Positions 63,554 through 64,000 of a stretch of 64,000 nt of DNA are shown here, piece by piece. Every line of letters starts with the position of its first letter. Position 1 is the stretch's first letter. Origin of the DNA: Tubulanus polymorphus (Eukaryota > Animalia > Nemertea); contig NC_134026.1 in assembly GCF_964204645.1 (NCBI RefSeq), positions 4,611,950 through 4,675,949 of the forward strand. Direction: 5' to 3'. Made by a program: the position numbers and the translations under genes. The notes below the pieces were generated by a model that did not search any database, had not been told where the DNA came from, and saw only the letters and a list, made by a program, of their open reading frames with translations.

Positions 63554-64000
63554 ATGTTTTATCACAGTTCACAGAATCAGGGGCAACCGGAAGGCCCTAC
63601 TTCTGTAGCAACGGCGGCTGCGCACGCCCTCGTTGCCAGAGGAAATTCCATCCGGAGCACGACGACTTCTGACAAACCGAGTCTTTCTCGGCACGAAAGT
63701 GTGATCAGTTCGGAACCCCCCGCGAGGGAAATGTCGGTGAAAAAACACCGCGGCGGCGGCGGCGGTGGCGGTGAGAGGGATAATAAACCCGATGCGAAGG
63801 TCACTGGGAATCTCATGCCGCCGATGATGACCACCCAGCCTCAACAAACACCACCGATCAACCCACCGGATCCATATATGATTATGAGGAGTAGACAACT
63901 CAATAGTCGTGTCGTGATCAACGTAGGAGGTGTTAAACACGAGGTGCTATGGAGGACCCTAGACCGTATGCCACATACGAGACTGGGCCGGCTTCGGGAA
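63554..64000 (+). CDS. Shab: Voltage-gated K+ channel Kv2/Shab (KCNB), 5' partial
   Basis: Frame from ATG 63554 stays open to the window end (missing from the ORF track because there is no stop); ends [32 protein letters not shown], the Kv2-type T1 domain start. Confidence 0.92.
   Translation, partial: MFYHSSQNQGQPEGPTSVATAAAHALVARGNSIRSTTTSDKPSLSRHESVISSEPPAREMSVKKHRGGGGGGGERDNKPDAKVTGNLMPPMMTTQPQQTPPINPPDPYMIMRSRQLNSRVVINVGGVKHEVLWRTLDRMPHTRLGRLRE

Noticed and set aside
63569-63940. Minus-strand ORFs at the window end
   Set aside because: Antisense shadows of the Shab coding exon.
34623-64000. Functional neuronal cluster (K2P, SLC44, Shab)
   Set aside because: Unrelated families separated by other genes; no shared sequence evidence, so proximity is probably incidental.

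Overview
AT-rich, intron-containing animal genomic DNA from an invertebrate, probably a lophotrochozoan (inferred from gene content and many ~80-100 nt introns; species not determinable here). Ten genes can be assembled by hand from splice sites and reading frames: a ZIP zinc transporter (+), OGFOD1 (-) head-to-head with LSM4 (+), a TIKI/TRABD2 Wnt-inactivating metalloprotease (+), an intronless clan-2 cytochrome P450 (-), a two-pore K+ channel (+), a small MAM+LDLa single-pass receptor (-), an orphan gene (+), a choline transporter-like SLC44 gene (+) and the start of a Kv2/Shab channel (+, cut by the window edge). Also present: a deleted hAT-like DNA transposon with a 6-bp target duplication, several MITE/foldback relics and microsatellites. 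No rRNA, intact tRNA, CRISPR or prokaryotic system is visible. The best non-coding leads are (1) a dense cluster of TCF/LEF sites, two paired with Helper sites, in TIKI intron 2 (candidate Wnt negative-feedback enhancer), (2) candidate poison cassette exons in LSM4 intron 4, and (3) RFX X-boxes plus full CRE palindromes upstream of Shab. These are motif-based inferences, not demonstrated functions; all coordinates were read by eye.
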